DNA from: Mobula hypostoma
Taxonomy: Eukaryota
NCBI RefSeq assembly: GCF_963921235.1
Contig: NC_086107.1
Location: 96,288,001-96,352,000, forward strand
DNA length: 64,000 nt
Direction: 5' to 3'
Shown piece after piece: positions 46,082 through 60,064 of the stretch (positions are counted from its first letter, which is position 1; each line of letters begins with the position of its first letter). The notes below the pieces were generated by a model. It made no database searches. It was not told the origin of the DNA and saw only the letters and a list, made by a program, of their open reading frames with translations. The position numbers were made by a program, and so were the translations under genes.

Positions 46082-48787
46082 CCTGCAAGCATAAGTGCTA
46101 CACCTGTCCCTACACCTCTTCTCTCACCACCATTCAGGGCCCCAATCAATCCTTCCAGGTGAGGCAACACTCCACTTGTGAGTCTGTTGGGGTCAGCTAT
46201 TGCATCCAGTGTGGCCTCCTCTACATCGGTGAGACCCAACACAGATGAGGGGACCGCTTCATCGAGCACCTCCGCTCCGTCCGCCACAACAGACAGGATC
46301 TCCCAGTTGCCACCCGCTTCAATTCTGCTTCCCCTCTCTGAGGCAGAACATTTTGTCCTTAGCAAGGGCCTCACTTTTGCCCCCCTCCGTCCACACCGCA
46401 GTGATTTCCGTGCCCGCCATGACGATGAACTCTTCTTCCGTCGACTACGTCACTGAGCCTACTTCTTTGGCAAGGATTCCCCTCCCCCTACTGATGACCC
46501 CTTCTCCCATCTTCAACCCTCTTCATCCTCCTCCTCCTGGACACCCCGCCCAGGCCTTCTACCTGCACTCGATCTTTTCATCTCCAACTGTCGCCAATAC
46601 ATCAACCGTCTCAACTTCACCACTCCTCTCTCCTGTTCCAAACTCACTCCCTCTGAACACACTGCCCTTCACTCTCTCCGCACTAATCCCAACCTCACCA
46701 TCGAACCCGCAGACAAAGGTGGTGTCGTAGTAGCCTTCCGGACGGACCTCTACCTCACTGAGGCCAAATGGCAGCCCTCTGACACCTCCTCTTACTTACC
46801 CCTGGAACAGGACCCCACCAAAAAACATCAAACCATTCTCTCCCGTACCATCACCGTCCTTATCAACTCCGAAGACCATCCATCCTCAGCCACTAAACTC
46901 ATAATTCCCACACCCCGCACTGCTTAGTTTTACCTCCTCCCCAAGATCCACAAGCCTGACTGTCCCAGTAGACCCATAGTTCCTGCCTGTTCCTGCCCAA
47001 CCGAACTTGTATCTGCCTACCATTTTGTCACCCATAGTTCAGTCCCTCCCCACCTACATCCGGGATACATGCCCTCCACCTCTCCAATAACTTCCAGTTC
47101 CCCGGTCCCGACCGCTTCATTTTCACTATGCATGTCCAGTCCTTATACACTTCCATTTCCCATCAAGAAGGCCTCAAAGCCCTCTGCTACTTTCTGGACA
47201 ATAGACCTCACCAGTTCCCCACCACCACCACGCTCCTCCGGTTGGCAGAACTGGTACTCACACTTAGTAATTTCTCTTTTGGCTCTTCCCAATTTCTTTA
47301 GACCAAGGATGTAGCTATGGGCACTCGCATGGGCCCCAGCTATGCCTGCCTCTTCGTTGGTTATCTGGAACAGTCTGTGCTCCAAACCTATTCTGGTACT
47401 GCTCGCCAACTTTTCCTTCGCTACACTGACGACTACATTGGTGCTGTTTCCTGCACCCATGCTGAGCTTGTCAATTTCATCGACTTTGCTTCTAAGTTCC
47501 ACCCAGCCCTCAAGTTCACTTGGTCCATCTCAGACCCTTCTCTCCCCTTTCTTGACCTCTCAGTCTCCATCTGTGGAGTCAGACTGTCCACTGACATCTT
47601 CTACAAGCCCACTGACTCTCATAATTACCTCAACTATACCTATTCCCACCCTGCCACATGCAAAAATGCTATTCCCTATTCCCAGTTCCTCTGTCTCTGC
47701 AGCATCTGCTCCCAGGATGAGGCTTTCCATTCCAGGACATCTCAAATGTCCTCTTTTTTTAAGGATCGTGGTTTCCCTTCTGCCTCACCTGCATCTCCTC
47801 CACTTCCCGCACTTCGGCCCTCACCCCATCCTCCCGTCACCACAACAGGGACAGAGTTCCCCTTGTCCTCATCTACCACCCTACCAGCCTCCGGATCCAG
47901 CACATTATCCTCCGCAACTTCCACCACCTTCAACAGGACCCCACCACTAAGCACATCTTTCCCTCTCTACCCCTATCTGCTTTCCGTAGGGATCATTCCC
48001 TCCGCGACTCCCTGGTCCACACGTCCCTCCCCACGGATCTCCAACCCGGCACTTATCCCTGTAAGCACCTGTCCCTACACCTCCTCTCTCACCACCATTC
48101 AGGGCCCCAAACAGTCCTTACAGATGAGGCAACACTTCACTTGTGAGTCTGTTGGGGTCATCTATTGCATCCGGTGCTCCTGGTGTGGCCTCCTCTACAT
48201 CGGTGAGACTTGACGCAGATTGGGGGACCACTTCGTTGAGCACCTCCACTCCGTCTGTCACAACAGATAGGACCTCCCCATTGCCACCCACTTCAACTCT
48301 GCTTCACATTCCCATTCGGATATGTCCATACAGGGCCTCCTCTACTGCCATGATGAGGTCAAACTCAGATTGGAGAAGCAACACCTCATATACCGTCTGG
48401 GTAGTCTCTAGCCCCTTGGTATGAACACAGAGTTCTCCAACTTCCGGTAATTCCCTCCCCCTCCCTTCCCCCATCCCAGATTCACTCTTTCCCCTCCTCT
48501 AGCTGCCTATCACCTCCCTCATGGTTCTGCCTCCTTCTATTACCCATTATGCTTTCCTCTATTCCTTCTTCACCTTTCCTGCCTATCCCCTCCCTGCATC
48601 CCCTCCCCCACCCCTTGATCTTTCCCCTTACTGGTTTTTCACCTGGAACCTACCAGCCATCTCCTTCCCACCTTATAGGGCTCCTGTCCCCTCCCTGTTC
48701 AGTCCTGACGAAGGGTCTCGGCCCAAAATGTTGACTGTTCATTTCCACCGATGCTGCCCGACCTGCTGAGTTCCTCCAGCATGTTGT
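46082..48787 (+). mobile_element. Near full-length Penelope-like element (partial upstream GIY-YIG repeat, RT, GIY-YIG, pLTR)
   Basis: LSKGLTFAP, PADKG, YLLPKIHK, MGTRMGPSYACLFVG, RYTDD, PFLDL, FYKPTD, VIYCIRCSWCGLLYIGET; 46095-46330 repeats 48061-48305; AGGAC at both junctions. Confidence 0.92.
48700..48737 (+). ncRNA. Degenerate hammerhead ribozyme, probably inactive
   Basis: CAGTC-CTGACGA-AGGGTCTCGGCCC-AAAATGTT-GACTG; the core GAAAC is mutated. Confidence 0.6.
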
Positions 48788-48914
48788 AGGACACATCGCA
48801 GCACAGTGGAAGGCAGAGGGCCACTAGACAAAGAACTGCATGGAATGTCAAGTGTCGCAACCTGTGCGGACAGGCAGGCCACCTGTACAGAGCCTGTTCA
48901 AGCCGTGCTGGCAA

Positions 48915-49901
48915 AAGACCTTCAGGAAGATTGAGCAGACTCTGGAGTGGTGGTACACTGTTCTACTGAGCAGCGACACCTGCACAAATATGACCTTCAT
49001 AGAAGAGTCATTAGAAGAAAACCTTTCCTGCGTCCTCACCACAAAATTTAGCATCAGAAGTTTGCAAAGGAACATCTAAACAAGCCTGATGCATTTTGGA
49101 AACAAGTCCTGTGGACTGATGAAGTTAAAATAGAACTTTTTGGCTGCAATGAGCAAAGGTATGTTTGGAGAACAAAACAGAGGGTGCAGAATTTCATGAA
49201 AAGAACTCCTCTCTAACTGTTAAGCAAAGGGGTGGATCGATCATGCTTCGGGCTTGTGTTGCAGCCAGTGGCACAGGGAACATTTCACTGGTAGAGGGAA
49301 GAATAAATTCAATTAAATACCAGCAAATTCTGGAAGCAAACATCATACCATCTGTAAAAAAGCTGAAGATGAAAAGAAGATGGCTTCCACAATAGGATAA
49401 TGATCCTAAACACACCTCAAAAGCCACAATGAACTACCTCAAGAGGCGCAAGCTGAAGGTTTTGCCATGGCCCTCACAGTCCCCTGACCTAAACATAATC
49501 GAAAATCTGTGAATAGACCTCAAAGGAGCAGTGCATGCAAGATGGCCCAAGAATTTCACAGAGCTAGAAGCCTTTTGCAAGGAAGAATGGGCAAAAATCC
49601 CCCAAACAAGAATTGAAAGACTCTTAGCTGGATACAAAAAGCATTTACAAGTTGTGATACTTGCCAATGGGGGTGTTACTAAGTACTGACCATGCAGGGT
49701 GCCCAAACTTTTGCTTCGGGCCCTTTTCCTTTTCTGTTATTTTGAAACTGTAAAATATGGAAATAAAAAAGTAATCTTGCTTAAAATATTAAAGAAATGT
49801 GTCATCTTTAACTTTATGCCTTTTGGAAATCTTTTACTCACTTTGCTATTCACAGTAACAGAAATTTTGACGCGGGATGCCCAAACTTTTGCAAGCCACT
49901 G
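48915..49901 (+). mobile_element. Tc1-family DNA transposon, 5'-truncated, with right IR/DR
   Basis: [57 protein letters not shown] repeated at ~49700 and ~49878; ends CACTG|TA. Confidence 0.9.
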
Positions 49902-50358
49902 TACATGGAGGGGGGGGGAGGGGGGCAGGTAACACTCTCAGAACCAGGCTCACAGGGCACCTCAGTAATATTACAAGTCAAAACCAGAACAGATTGGCTT
50001 AGCAGACACGTCCTGCACCATGAAATACGTTGCTTGGGAATCCTGGGTCTGGAAACCAACATAATTGGTCAAACCTTCAAAGGAAAAGAGCAAAGAGAAG
50101 ATAGATTGAAACACTGCAGAAGTATGCCCCAAATGGCCTAAACAAAGCCTATAATTCCAGGCTGGAAAATAAAAACATATTCCCCCAAATAATCAACACT
50201 AGACCTAATAAATAAGACAAAAAAAAAAAGAGGATTAGATCCAGAAAATCAGAGCAGGGAAGAGGATGATCTCCTTTCATTTAATCAGGGAAACCTACAT
50301 TTGCATCGCCCAAACCTACCCCAAACCTTTACATCCCTCCAACACAGTCCCACACACC

Positions 50359-51001
50359 TGTAGGGTTCTCAGTAATATTAGATGGACTGTTACCTGTTAA
50401 TTGCTTATTACAAAATGGCTTCTCTGAACTGTTAAAATAAAATGACTTCTCGTACTGTTAACTGCTGAGTAAGGGGTTCTCTGTGGCGGCATGTTTGGGC
50501 TATAATTAGTGATAATGGAAATTGTATTCATTTGCTAGCCAATGGAAGTCATGTTATGCCATCTTGTGTGTGTCTGCTGAGCTGAGGATCGGAGGCTTTT
50601 TTTGAGAGGTGAGCGGAGAGGACGGACATGTGGGAACGGACCACGGTCCCAGGGCTGCAGATACCGGACCTCGGCGGTTCGGATGGTGACCGAAATCCTG
50701 AAAGGATGTTGTAGATGGAATTGGAGGTGTGAGCTCCAACGTATTAAAGTATTACGTGCACAAGACTGATAAATTTACTTATTTGGCGCCTTTTCTTTTA
50801 GTTGTTTCTACTAACCCATCATTACGAATTGCTATAAAGTATATTTCGTTACTCGCACTTTGTCTATTGTTTGATATTGGTGTCGCTGCTAATATTTGGG
50901 GGTCTCATACCGTATCCGCACCAAGCGTTTACATTGTTTGGCAGGGGTCGACGGCTATTCACCCTAGACAACGGGAGTCAGGTGGGGTTAAAGAGGTTAC
51001 A
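50359..51001. repeat. Solo LTR
   Basis: TGTA...TACA termini with 4 bp TSD CACC (50355-58, 51002-05). Confidence 0.72.
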
Positions 51002-52000
51002 CACCCAAGCTCTCTCTCCACCAGAGGGCCAAGTCCATTCTGGTAATTTTTTTAAAATCTGTAGAATGGAATTACTAAGGAGCAAGATGCCAATGTAGGC
51101 AAGTAGGGGACTTGGATAGTGAAGATGTGGGCTAAAAAACAAAGTGGCAGGGTGAAGTGATACGGCATCTCCAGTACAAGATCTACAAACATTAGAGGGA
51201 CATTTTTCCCACTTCTGGTGCAACCATAACCTAACCCTGCTGGCCTACAAGCAGAACCCCTGCACATGTAATGTCTGCAGAGCTGCTAGAAACAAGAAAC
51301 TGCACTACGTTATGCAAACAACTACTGGATGAATTTGCGCAGCAAAATCCAATCCAACTCCAACCCTCAAAATTACATGCCTCGCATTATCTTGGTCCTT
51401 GGGATAAACACAAGCCAGGCCTGAACAACCCTGGCTGGGTCCCCTGGGCAAGGATACGTAGTGATTAAAGACTCGAAACACCTGGTTGCATTACTGTTAA
51501 TGTGTTCCAGTGCACACCCGAATAATTGAGCCAAGTGGTGTCAGACCAGGTTAATTAAAGGCATAAGCCAGATAAAGTGGCTCCACAACCCTATTTGCCA
51601 TAGCCCCACATAGTTCACCATACTGAACTCCACAAACCTATCACTCCCAGCCCTACATATACATCCCCCAACCCTACCCTTAAACCTAATGCCCAAGGAG
51701 CACACACCCCCACTAACCCCAAGTGCACCCCGATTAACCCTGGCCACACCCCCACAAACCAGATGACTTGTGAACGTAGGAGGAAGATCCCAATAAAGGC
51801 AAGTGCTGGACCTGGTTAATGAAGGTGTGGGGCAGATCAAAGTGGCCTGACATTGGATCTCGCGTGACAAGATCAAGAAGCACATGAGGGATGATTTTCC
51901 CATTGCCTGCATAATCTCAATTTAAATCTACATCTCATGCGCTAACTGCAACAAGCATTGTATTGGACAGACTGCTAGGAAGCTATCAACAAGAGTACAT

Positions 52001-55000
52001 GAGGGGACGTCACATGATGACGTAGGATAGAGACGTGGAAATCCAGCTCTCCCTTAAAAAAATCAGTAAAGTATCGTTTAAATAAAGAAAAGTTAATAAA
52101 TATTTTTTGAAAACTACTTTTAAACTACTCAAGATTATTTTAAGATATGCCTTTTAAATAGAAACAGAAGACGACTACTGTTTTGACAACACTGCAAGAT
52201 GGGAAGAAAAAAGGGCCTACTACGATGAAACCTCATGCTCAGGTTGGATCTCCTTTTGAGGAGACACACTTTGACTCCGGCGTTGAAGAACAGGAGGCAG
52301 CGGCAACGGCAGCAGTCTCTAGGAAGAAGAAACGGGAATCGCACATGCGTAAAGAAGCAGGCATGCGCAAATCGGTACAAGCCTAACTACAAGATCCGAT
52401 TGTCACTGAAAGTGAGAGTGATCTGGAGTTAGAATCAGATACCCTGGTGAATACAAATGAAGAAAAGGAGGAAGAAGAACAAGAAGAGATTAAAAGTAAA
52501 AAACATCGTGGAGACATAAGAGAGGCCTTAGTGCAAATAATGGCTGAATTAAAAGTAATAAAAACAGATGTTAAAAACATGAAGACTATGTTTGATAATG
52601 TTATGGAAAAAAAAGGAGAAAAGGAGAAAGTTAAAAAGTTGGAAGAAATAATGGAGGACACCAAAGATAGAGTGGACAAGATAGAAAATAATATCCTTGC
52701 CCGGACAACAAAAAGAAAATAGCTGTTGGAAAAAGTGGATGTGCTGGAAAATTTTAGTAGGCAAAGTAATATTAAGATTGTTGGTCTTAAAGAAGGTATA
52801 GAGGGGGAGGATCCAATAAAATTTTTCAAAGATGGATCCCGGAAATTTTGCAAATGGAAGAGGGAAATCGGTCAATTGAAATTGAACGAGCACATAGAGC
52901 TTTAAGACCAAAACCACAACACAACCAAACTCCGCGATCTATTTTAATAAAATGTTTAAGATACCAAGACAAAGAAAGGATTCTGCTGAAATCTGGAGGA
53001 AGACACACAGAGGATACAGAGGGGAATCAAAAAGGCAAGAGAAGAGGACCGGGTCAAGACAACAGAGACTTATGGAGAAGAGGAGTTATAAGCCGTGTCT
53101 CCCCTCTCTCATTATGGGCAATGTGAGATCGTTGGGTAATAAAATGGACGAGTTGACGGCGCTAGCCAGGAGTCAGAGAACATTTCTGGAGAGCAGTGTT
53201 ATGTGTTTTACTGAAACGTGGCTGCACGAGGACATACCCGACCAAAACGTTTCCATACTGTTCAGGCTGACCGGAATTGCACTGAGAGCGGTAAGCGTAA
53301 AGGAGGGGGGCTTGCTGTTCTGGTTAACAACAGATGGTGCAATCCTGGTCATATTATGATCAAGGAATGTGTTTGTAGCCCAGATATTGAACTTCTTGCT
53401 GTTGGACTCCGGCCATATTATTTGCCAAGGGAAATCTCACATGCAGTTGTGGTTGTTGTGTACATCCCTCCTTCTGCCAACCCGACGTCGGTGTGTAACA
53501 TCATTTACACTGTCATAGCCAGATTACAAACCCAGCACCCGAATGCCCTCATTACCATCTCGGGTGACTTCAACCATGTTACCATGGCTAGAGCACTGCC
53601 CAACTTCATGCAATATGTGAGTTGTACAACCAGAGGGGCGAGGACTCCGGACTTGATGTATGCTAATGTTAAGGATGCGTACAATTCCTCTCCCCTCCCC
53701 CCATTAAGAAGATCAGATCACAACCTGGTGCATCTCAAACCCTGCTACGTGCCTCTGGCGAAGAGTAAACCTGCAACCTCGAGGACAGTGAGGAAATGGT
53801 CGGAGGAGGCTTATGAGGTACTCCAGGGTTGTTTTGAGGTGACAGACTGGCAGGCACTCTGTGAGCCACATGGAGAGGATATTGATGGGCTCACAGAGTG
53901 CATCACTGGTTACATCAACTTCTGTGTGAACTACAATGTTCCAGCAAGAACTGTCCTTTGTTATTCAAATAACAAGCCATGGGTGACAAAGGACATTAAG
54001 GACATCCTGAATGCTAAAAAGAGGGCGTTTAGAGATGGAAATAGGGAGGAGCTGAGGGCAATACAGAGGGACCTGAAAGCCAGGATCAGGGAGGCTAAAG
54101 ACAGGTAGCTTGAGTGGAAGGCTAAAGACAGGAAGCTTGAGTGGAAACTCCAGCAGAACAGCATGAGAGAGGTCTGGAGTGGGCTGAGGACCATCACTGG
54201 GTTCCGGCAAACTAGCAACAGAGGAGCTGAAGGCAGTGTGGACAGGGCCAACGAACTTAACCTGCTCTGTAACAGATTTGACATTGTGGCCCCTGCCCAT
54301 CCCCCACATGATTCATCTGTTGTCGGCCCCCAATCAACACATACTGACTCTCCCCTCCTCACAGCCCCCACCCTGCTCTCATGACTACACTCCTTCCCCA
54401 CATGAAACTACCACGGTGGGCTTCACAGCTAAACAGGTGAGAAGACAGTTGAAACGTCTCCACCCAAGCAAGGCTGCAGGCCCGGATGGTGTCAGCACCA
54501 GGGTGCTCAAAGCCTGTGCCCCCCCCAGCTATGTGGAGTACTTCACCATGTCTTCAACCTGAGCCTGAGTCTCCAGAGGGTTCCTGTGCCATGGAGGACG
54601 TCCTGCCTTGTCCCTGTGCCAAAGACGCTGTGCCCTAGTGGCTTCAATGACTACAGGCTGGTGGCATTGACCTCCCACATCATGAAGACCCTGGAGAGAC
54701 TTGTTCTGGAGCAGCTCCGGCTTATAGTTAGGCCACACTTAGACCCCCTCCAGTTCGCCTAACAGCCCCGACTAGGAGTTGAGGATGTCATCGTCTACCT
54801 GCTGAACCACGTCTACGCCCACCCGGACAAGCCAGCGAGCACTTTGAGGGTCATATTTTTTGACTTCTCCAGTGCATTCAACACCATCCACCCTGCTCTG
54901 CTGGGGGACAAGCTGACAGCAATGCAGATGGATGCTTTCCTGGTGTCATGGATTATTGATTACCCGACTAGCAGACCACAGTACGTGTGCTGGCAACACT

Positions 55001-58000
55001 GTGTGTCAGACAGAGTGGTCAGCAGCACTGGGGCTCCACAGGGGACTGTCTTGTCTCCCATTCTCGTCACCATCTACACCTCGGACTTCAACTACTGCAC
55101 AGAGCCTTGCCATCTTCAGAAGTTTTCCGATGACTCTGCCATAGTTGGATGCATCAGCAAGGGAGATGAGGCTGAGTACAGGGCTACGGTGGAAAACCTT
55201 GTCACATGGAATGAGCAGAATTATCTGTAGCTTAATGTGAAAAAGACTAAGGAGCTGCTGGTGGTGGACCTGAGGAGGGCTAAGGCACCGGTGATCCCTG
55301 TTTCCATCCAAGGGGTCAGTGTGGACATGGTGGAGGATTACAAATACCTGGAGATACGAATTGACAATAAACTGGACTGGTCAAAGAACACTGAAGCTGT
55401 CTACAAGAAGGGTCAGAGCCATTTCTATTTCCTGAGGAGACTGAGGTTCTTATTAACATCTGTCGGACGATGCTGAGGATGTTCTACGAGTCTGTGGTGG
55501 CCAGTGTTATTATGTTTGCTGTTGTGTGCTGTGGCAGCAGGCTGAGGGTAGCAGACACCAATAGAATCAACAAACTCATTTGTAAGGCCAGTGATGTTGT
55601 GGGTTTGGAACTGGACTCTCTGACGGTGGTGTCTGAAAAGAGGATGCTGTCCAAGTTGCATGCCATCTTGGACAATGTCTCCCATCCACTACATAATGTA
55701 CTGGTTGGGCATAGGAGCACATTCAGCCAGAGACTCATTCCACTGAGATGCAACACTGAGCGTCATAGGAAGTCATTCCTGCCTGTGACTATCAAACTTT
55801 ACAACTCTTCCCTTGGAGGGTCAGACACCCTGAGCCAATAAGCTGGTCCTGGACTATTTCCATCTGGCATAATTTACATATTATTATTTAATTATTTATA
55901 GTTTTGTATTGCTGTATTATACTCTATTCTTGGTTGGTGCAACTGTAACGAAACCCAATTTCCCTCGGGATCAATAAAGTATGTCTATCTATCTAACTTA
56001 TTGAATCTTTTGAATTTTAATGTTAATGGGCTTAATGGACCGGTGAAAAGAAAAAGAATTTTAACACATATTAAGAAAATGAAGGTAGATATTGCCTCCT
56101 TGCAGGAAACACACTTAACAGAGATAGAACATCAGAAATTAAAGAGAGATTGGATGGGAAGTGTAATTGCAGCTTCATTTAATTCAAAAGCGAGGGGAAT
56201 TGCAGTTTTGGTCAATAAAACATTACCAATTAGAATACAAAATGTAATAACTGATTCTATATTGCCAACTTTTTCGGAATTATGGACTCTCATGAATATT
56301 TATGCACCAAATGAAAATGATGCAAAATTTATACAAGAAGCCTTTTTGAATTTGGCTGATGCACATGATAAATATTAATAGATGGAGACTTTAACTTTTG
56401 TCTAGACCCAGTTTTAGATAGATCAACCAAGGCTGTTACAAAATCGAAAGTAATAAAATTAACTTCATCACTGATGAAAGATTTAAATTTGATTGATATA
56501 TGGAGAAGAATTAACCTAAGAGAAAGAGAATATTCGTTCTATTCAAACAGACATAAAACTTACTCAAGGACACATTTTTTTTTACTATCAACGAATATTC
56601 AGGATAGAGTGAAAAATATGGAATATAAAACGAGAATATTGTCAGATCATTCTCCTTTAATAATGACAATAATAATGACGGATAAGGAGGAATCGACTTA
56701 TAAATGGAGATTTAATTCAATATTATTAAAACGTCAAGATTTTTGTGATTTTATGAAAAAACAATTTTTTTTGGATACAAACTCTTATTCAGTTGATGAT
56801 AAATTTATATTATGGGACGCAATGAAAGCATATTTGAGGTGTCAGATAGTAAGTTATACATCTAAAACTAAGAAGGAATATATGGTAGAACTAGACCAAC
56901 TGGAAAAAGAGATTACAAAATTAGAAAAAGAATCTCAAAGACATATGACAGAAGAAAAATGAAGACAACTTGTCAATAAGAAGCTACAATATAATACACT
57001 TCAGACATATCGAACAGAAAAAGCAATTATGAGAACTAAGTGGAGGTATTATGAGTTAGGTGAGAGATCACACAAGATTCTTGCCTGGCAGTTGAAAACA
57101 GAACAGGCTTCCAAAACGATAAATGCAATTAGAACAAGTGCAAATAAAATTACTTATAAACCTTTAGAAATTAACGAAACCTTTAAAAGTTTTTACTCTG
57201 AATTATACCAATCGGAATCACAAATAATGTTAATGCGATAGAAAGATTTTTATCACAAACAACTCTCCCAAAATTGAATTCGGAAGAACAGAAGGGATTA
57301 GATATGCCTTTTACATCAAAACAGGTTGAAAAAGCTTTAGGTTCACTTCAGAGTAATAAATCTCCAGGAGAGGATGGTTTTCCACCTGAATTTTACAAAA
57401 TTTATTAACTTCTCCTTTTATGGAGTTAATCCGTCAAGCGGAAAGAACACATAAACTTCCAGAATCTTTTTCAACAGCGATTTTAATAGTATTGCCAAAA
57501 AAAGATAGAGATGCTTTAAAACCAATATCATATAGGCCTATTTCTTTGTTGAATACGGATTATAAAATAATAGCAAAAATTTTATCTAGTAGATTATCTA
57601 AATATTTACCAAAATTAATACATATGGATCAAACAGGATTTATTAAAAATAGACGATTGTTAGATAATGTAACTCGGTTACTTAGTATAATTCATTTGGC
57701 ACAAAAGAGGGAGGAAGTGAGTGTGGCAGTAGCTTTGGATGCAGAAAAAGCATTTGATAGATTGGAATGGGATTTTTTACTTAAAATATTGGAAAAATAT
57801 GGGTTAGGAGTACTTTTTATAAACTGGATTAAAACCTTAAATACTAATCCCAACGCTAAAGTAGTGACAAATGGCCAAATTTCAACACCATTCCAGTTAA
57901 AAAGGTCAACTAGACAAGGTTGTCCATTATCATCTGCTTTATCTGTATTGGCGATAGAACCATTAGCTGAATTAATTAGAATTGATTCAGATATTAAGGG

Positions 58001-58655
58001 TTTTAGAGTTAATCAGGAGGAATATAAGATTAATTTATTTGCTGATGATGTCTTGATCTATTTAACAAACCCATTGCATTCGTTGCGTAAATTATCTTCT
58101 AGATTGAAACAATATGGGAAAGTATCAGGGTATAAAATAAACTGGGATAAAAGTTAAATTTTACCCCTTACTAAAGGAGACTATAGTCAATATCGATTAG
58201 CAACTCAATTTAGATGGCCGAAAAATGGTATAAATTATTTAAGTGTAAGAGTTGATAATGATATAAAGAATTTATATAAATTATTTATCACTACTGGAAA
58301 AAAATTAAATAAGATCTTGATAAATGGATGATGTTACCAATAACATTAGTGGGTAGAGTTAATGCTGTAAAAATGAATATATTTCCTAGATTACAGTATC
58401 TATTTCAAACACTACCAATACAATTACCGCAGAAGTTTTTTCAAGAGTTAAATAATGTGTGAGGAAATTTCTTTGAAAAGGTAAGATGTCAAGAATATCG
58501 TTGGAAAAATTGACATGGAAATTTGACTTAGGAGGGTTACAACTTCCAAATTTTAAGAATTATTGTAAAGCAAATCAATTTAGATTTATTGCATCTTTTT
58601 TTGAGGAAGAAAGACCGGCATGGATTAGAATAGAATTAGATAAGATAGGAGAAAA
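52001..58655 (+). mobile_element. L1 (5' UTR and ORF1 52001-52985; ORF2 ~55995-58655), split by a Rex1 element and truncated by another
   Basis: IERAHRALRPKP, PRSILIK; NFNVNGLN, LQETH, LSDHSP, YRPISLLN, TRQGCPLS, LFADD. Confidence 0.9.
52986..55994 (+). mobile_element. Rex1/Babar-type LINE, near full ORF (EN plus RT), degenerate
   Basis: MGNVRSLGNKMDEL, FTETWL, RPYYLPRE, GDFN, SDHNLV, FDFSSAFNTI, GAPQGTVLSP, KFSDDS; AATAAA plus (TCTA)n tail. Confidence 0.9.
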
Positions 58656-60062
58656 TTGGCGGTGCGCATGGACGCAGCTGCCCCTCGGGGAGTGATAAGT
58701 GTATCTAGTGTTTGTTCTGTTTGTTCTAGACGCATAACATACAGTCGGAATATGCTCGTTAACATCAGGGCATACTACGTCGGAAAAACTGACGAGTTCT
58801 GGTGTGACATGGACAGTTTATGCCGCTATGGACTACTATCCGCTACCAAGCCGGCTGCTTCCCGAGGGAGGAGGAAGAGAAAGCGCTTTGAGAAAAGACA
58901 GAGGAGGGGTAAGAGGGCCGGCGTCCATGCGAGGCTAAAAGCTAACCCCACCAGGCCAGCGGTACCATCCCTCCTGTTCTCAAATGTCCGCTCCATCGAC
59001 AACAAGCTGGATGAGCTGCGTCTGCTGAGAGAAACACACAAGGAATTTAAAGACTGCTGTGTGTATGTCTTAACAGAATCCTGGCTCCATGACAACATAC
59101 CGGACGTGGCGATACAGCTAGAGGGAATGACATTGTTTCGTGCGGACAGAGAGGCAGTTAGCTCTGGTAAGAGCCAAGGAGGAGGTCTGTGTATTTATAT
59201 AAACATAGACTGGTGTGTGAACGCTACAGTAGCTGCTAAACACTGCTCACTGCTGGCTGAATTTCTCATTGTGAAATGCCGGCCGTTCTATCTGCCGAGG
59301 GAATTCACCATTATGCTTGTGGCAGCTGTCTACATAGCTCGCAGTGCCAATGCTAAGGCTAATGGTAACGAAGCACTGGGAGGCCTACATGAAGCCATTA
59401 GTGAGCTACTGACTACACATCCTGACAGCTTTGTGGTGATTGCTGGGGACTTTAATCACACCAGCTTAAAGACTGTGTTTGCCAAATTCCTGCAATATGT
59501 GGATTTCAAAACCGGGGAGACAACACACTGGACTTGGTTTATATCAACACACCACAGGCATACAAAGCAGCCCCCCACCCCCATCTTGGCCACTCTGACC
59601 ACATATCTGTCATATTAACACCAGCATATAAACCACTGCTTAAACGTGTGAGAGCAAAGAAAAGAGAGATAAGGGTCTGGCCAAAAGGAGCAGCCTCAGC
59701 ACTACAAGACTGTTTTTTGCACACAGACTGGGACATATTCAAAATAGCAGCCTCCTATGATGATCATACAGACATTGAGGAGTATGCAGAGGCAGTAATC
59801 AGCTACATAGCCAAATGCACGGAGGATGTCACTGTGATGAAAACCTTCACCGCACGTGGTTATAAAAAGCCATGGATGACAACAGAGGTGCGTTCACTGC
59901 TAAAGACCCGTGACACAGCCTACAGATCAGGGGACAGGAGTGTGCTTCGCTCAGCCAGGTCTGCGCTTTCACTAGGGATCAGGAAAGCCAAAAGGGCCTA
60001 CGCGGGCAAAATACATGGACACTTCTGTGACACAGGTGACACCAGACGGATGTGGCAGGGTC
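58656..60062 (+). mobile_element. Second Rex1/Babar-type LINE, 5' half (endonuclease)
   Basis: ORFs 58656..59618 and 59534..60163: SNVRSIDNKLDEL, RPFYLPREF, AGDFN, GHSDH, KPWMT. Confidence 0.88.
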
Positions 60063-60064
60063 TC

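Larger units (their letters stand above)
44830..49925 (+). mobile_element. Further Tx1 copy (5' UTR plus ORF1 remnant) fragmented by insertions
   Basis: 44830-44945 matches 33568-33685; 45556-46080 ETFIRKVLIDRCGF; knuckle CNKAG|HIAAQ resumes at 48789. Confidence 0.8.

Noticed and set aside
54093..54147. Short tandem duplication GGCTAAAGACAGG.AGCTTGAGTGGAA
   Set aside because: A local slippage or deletion scar in a dead Rex1 copy
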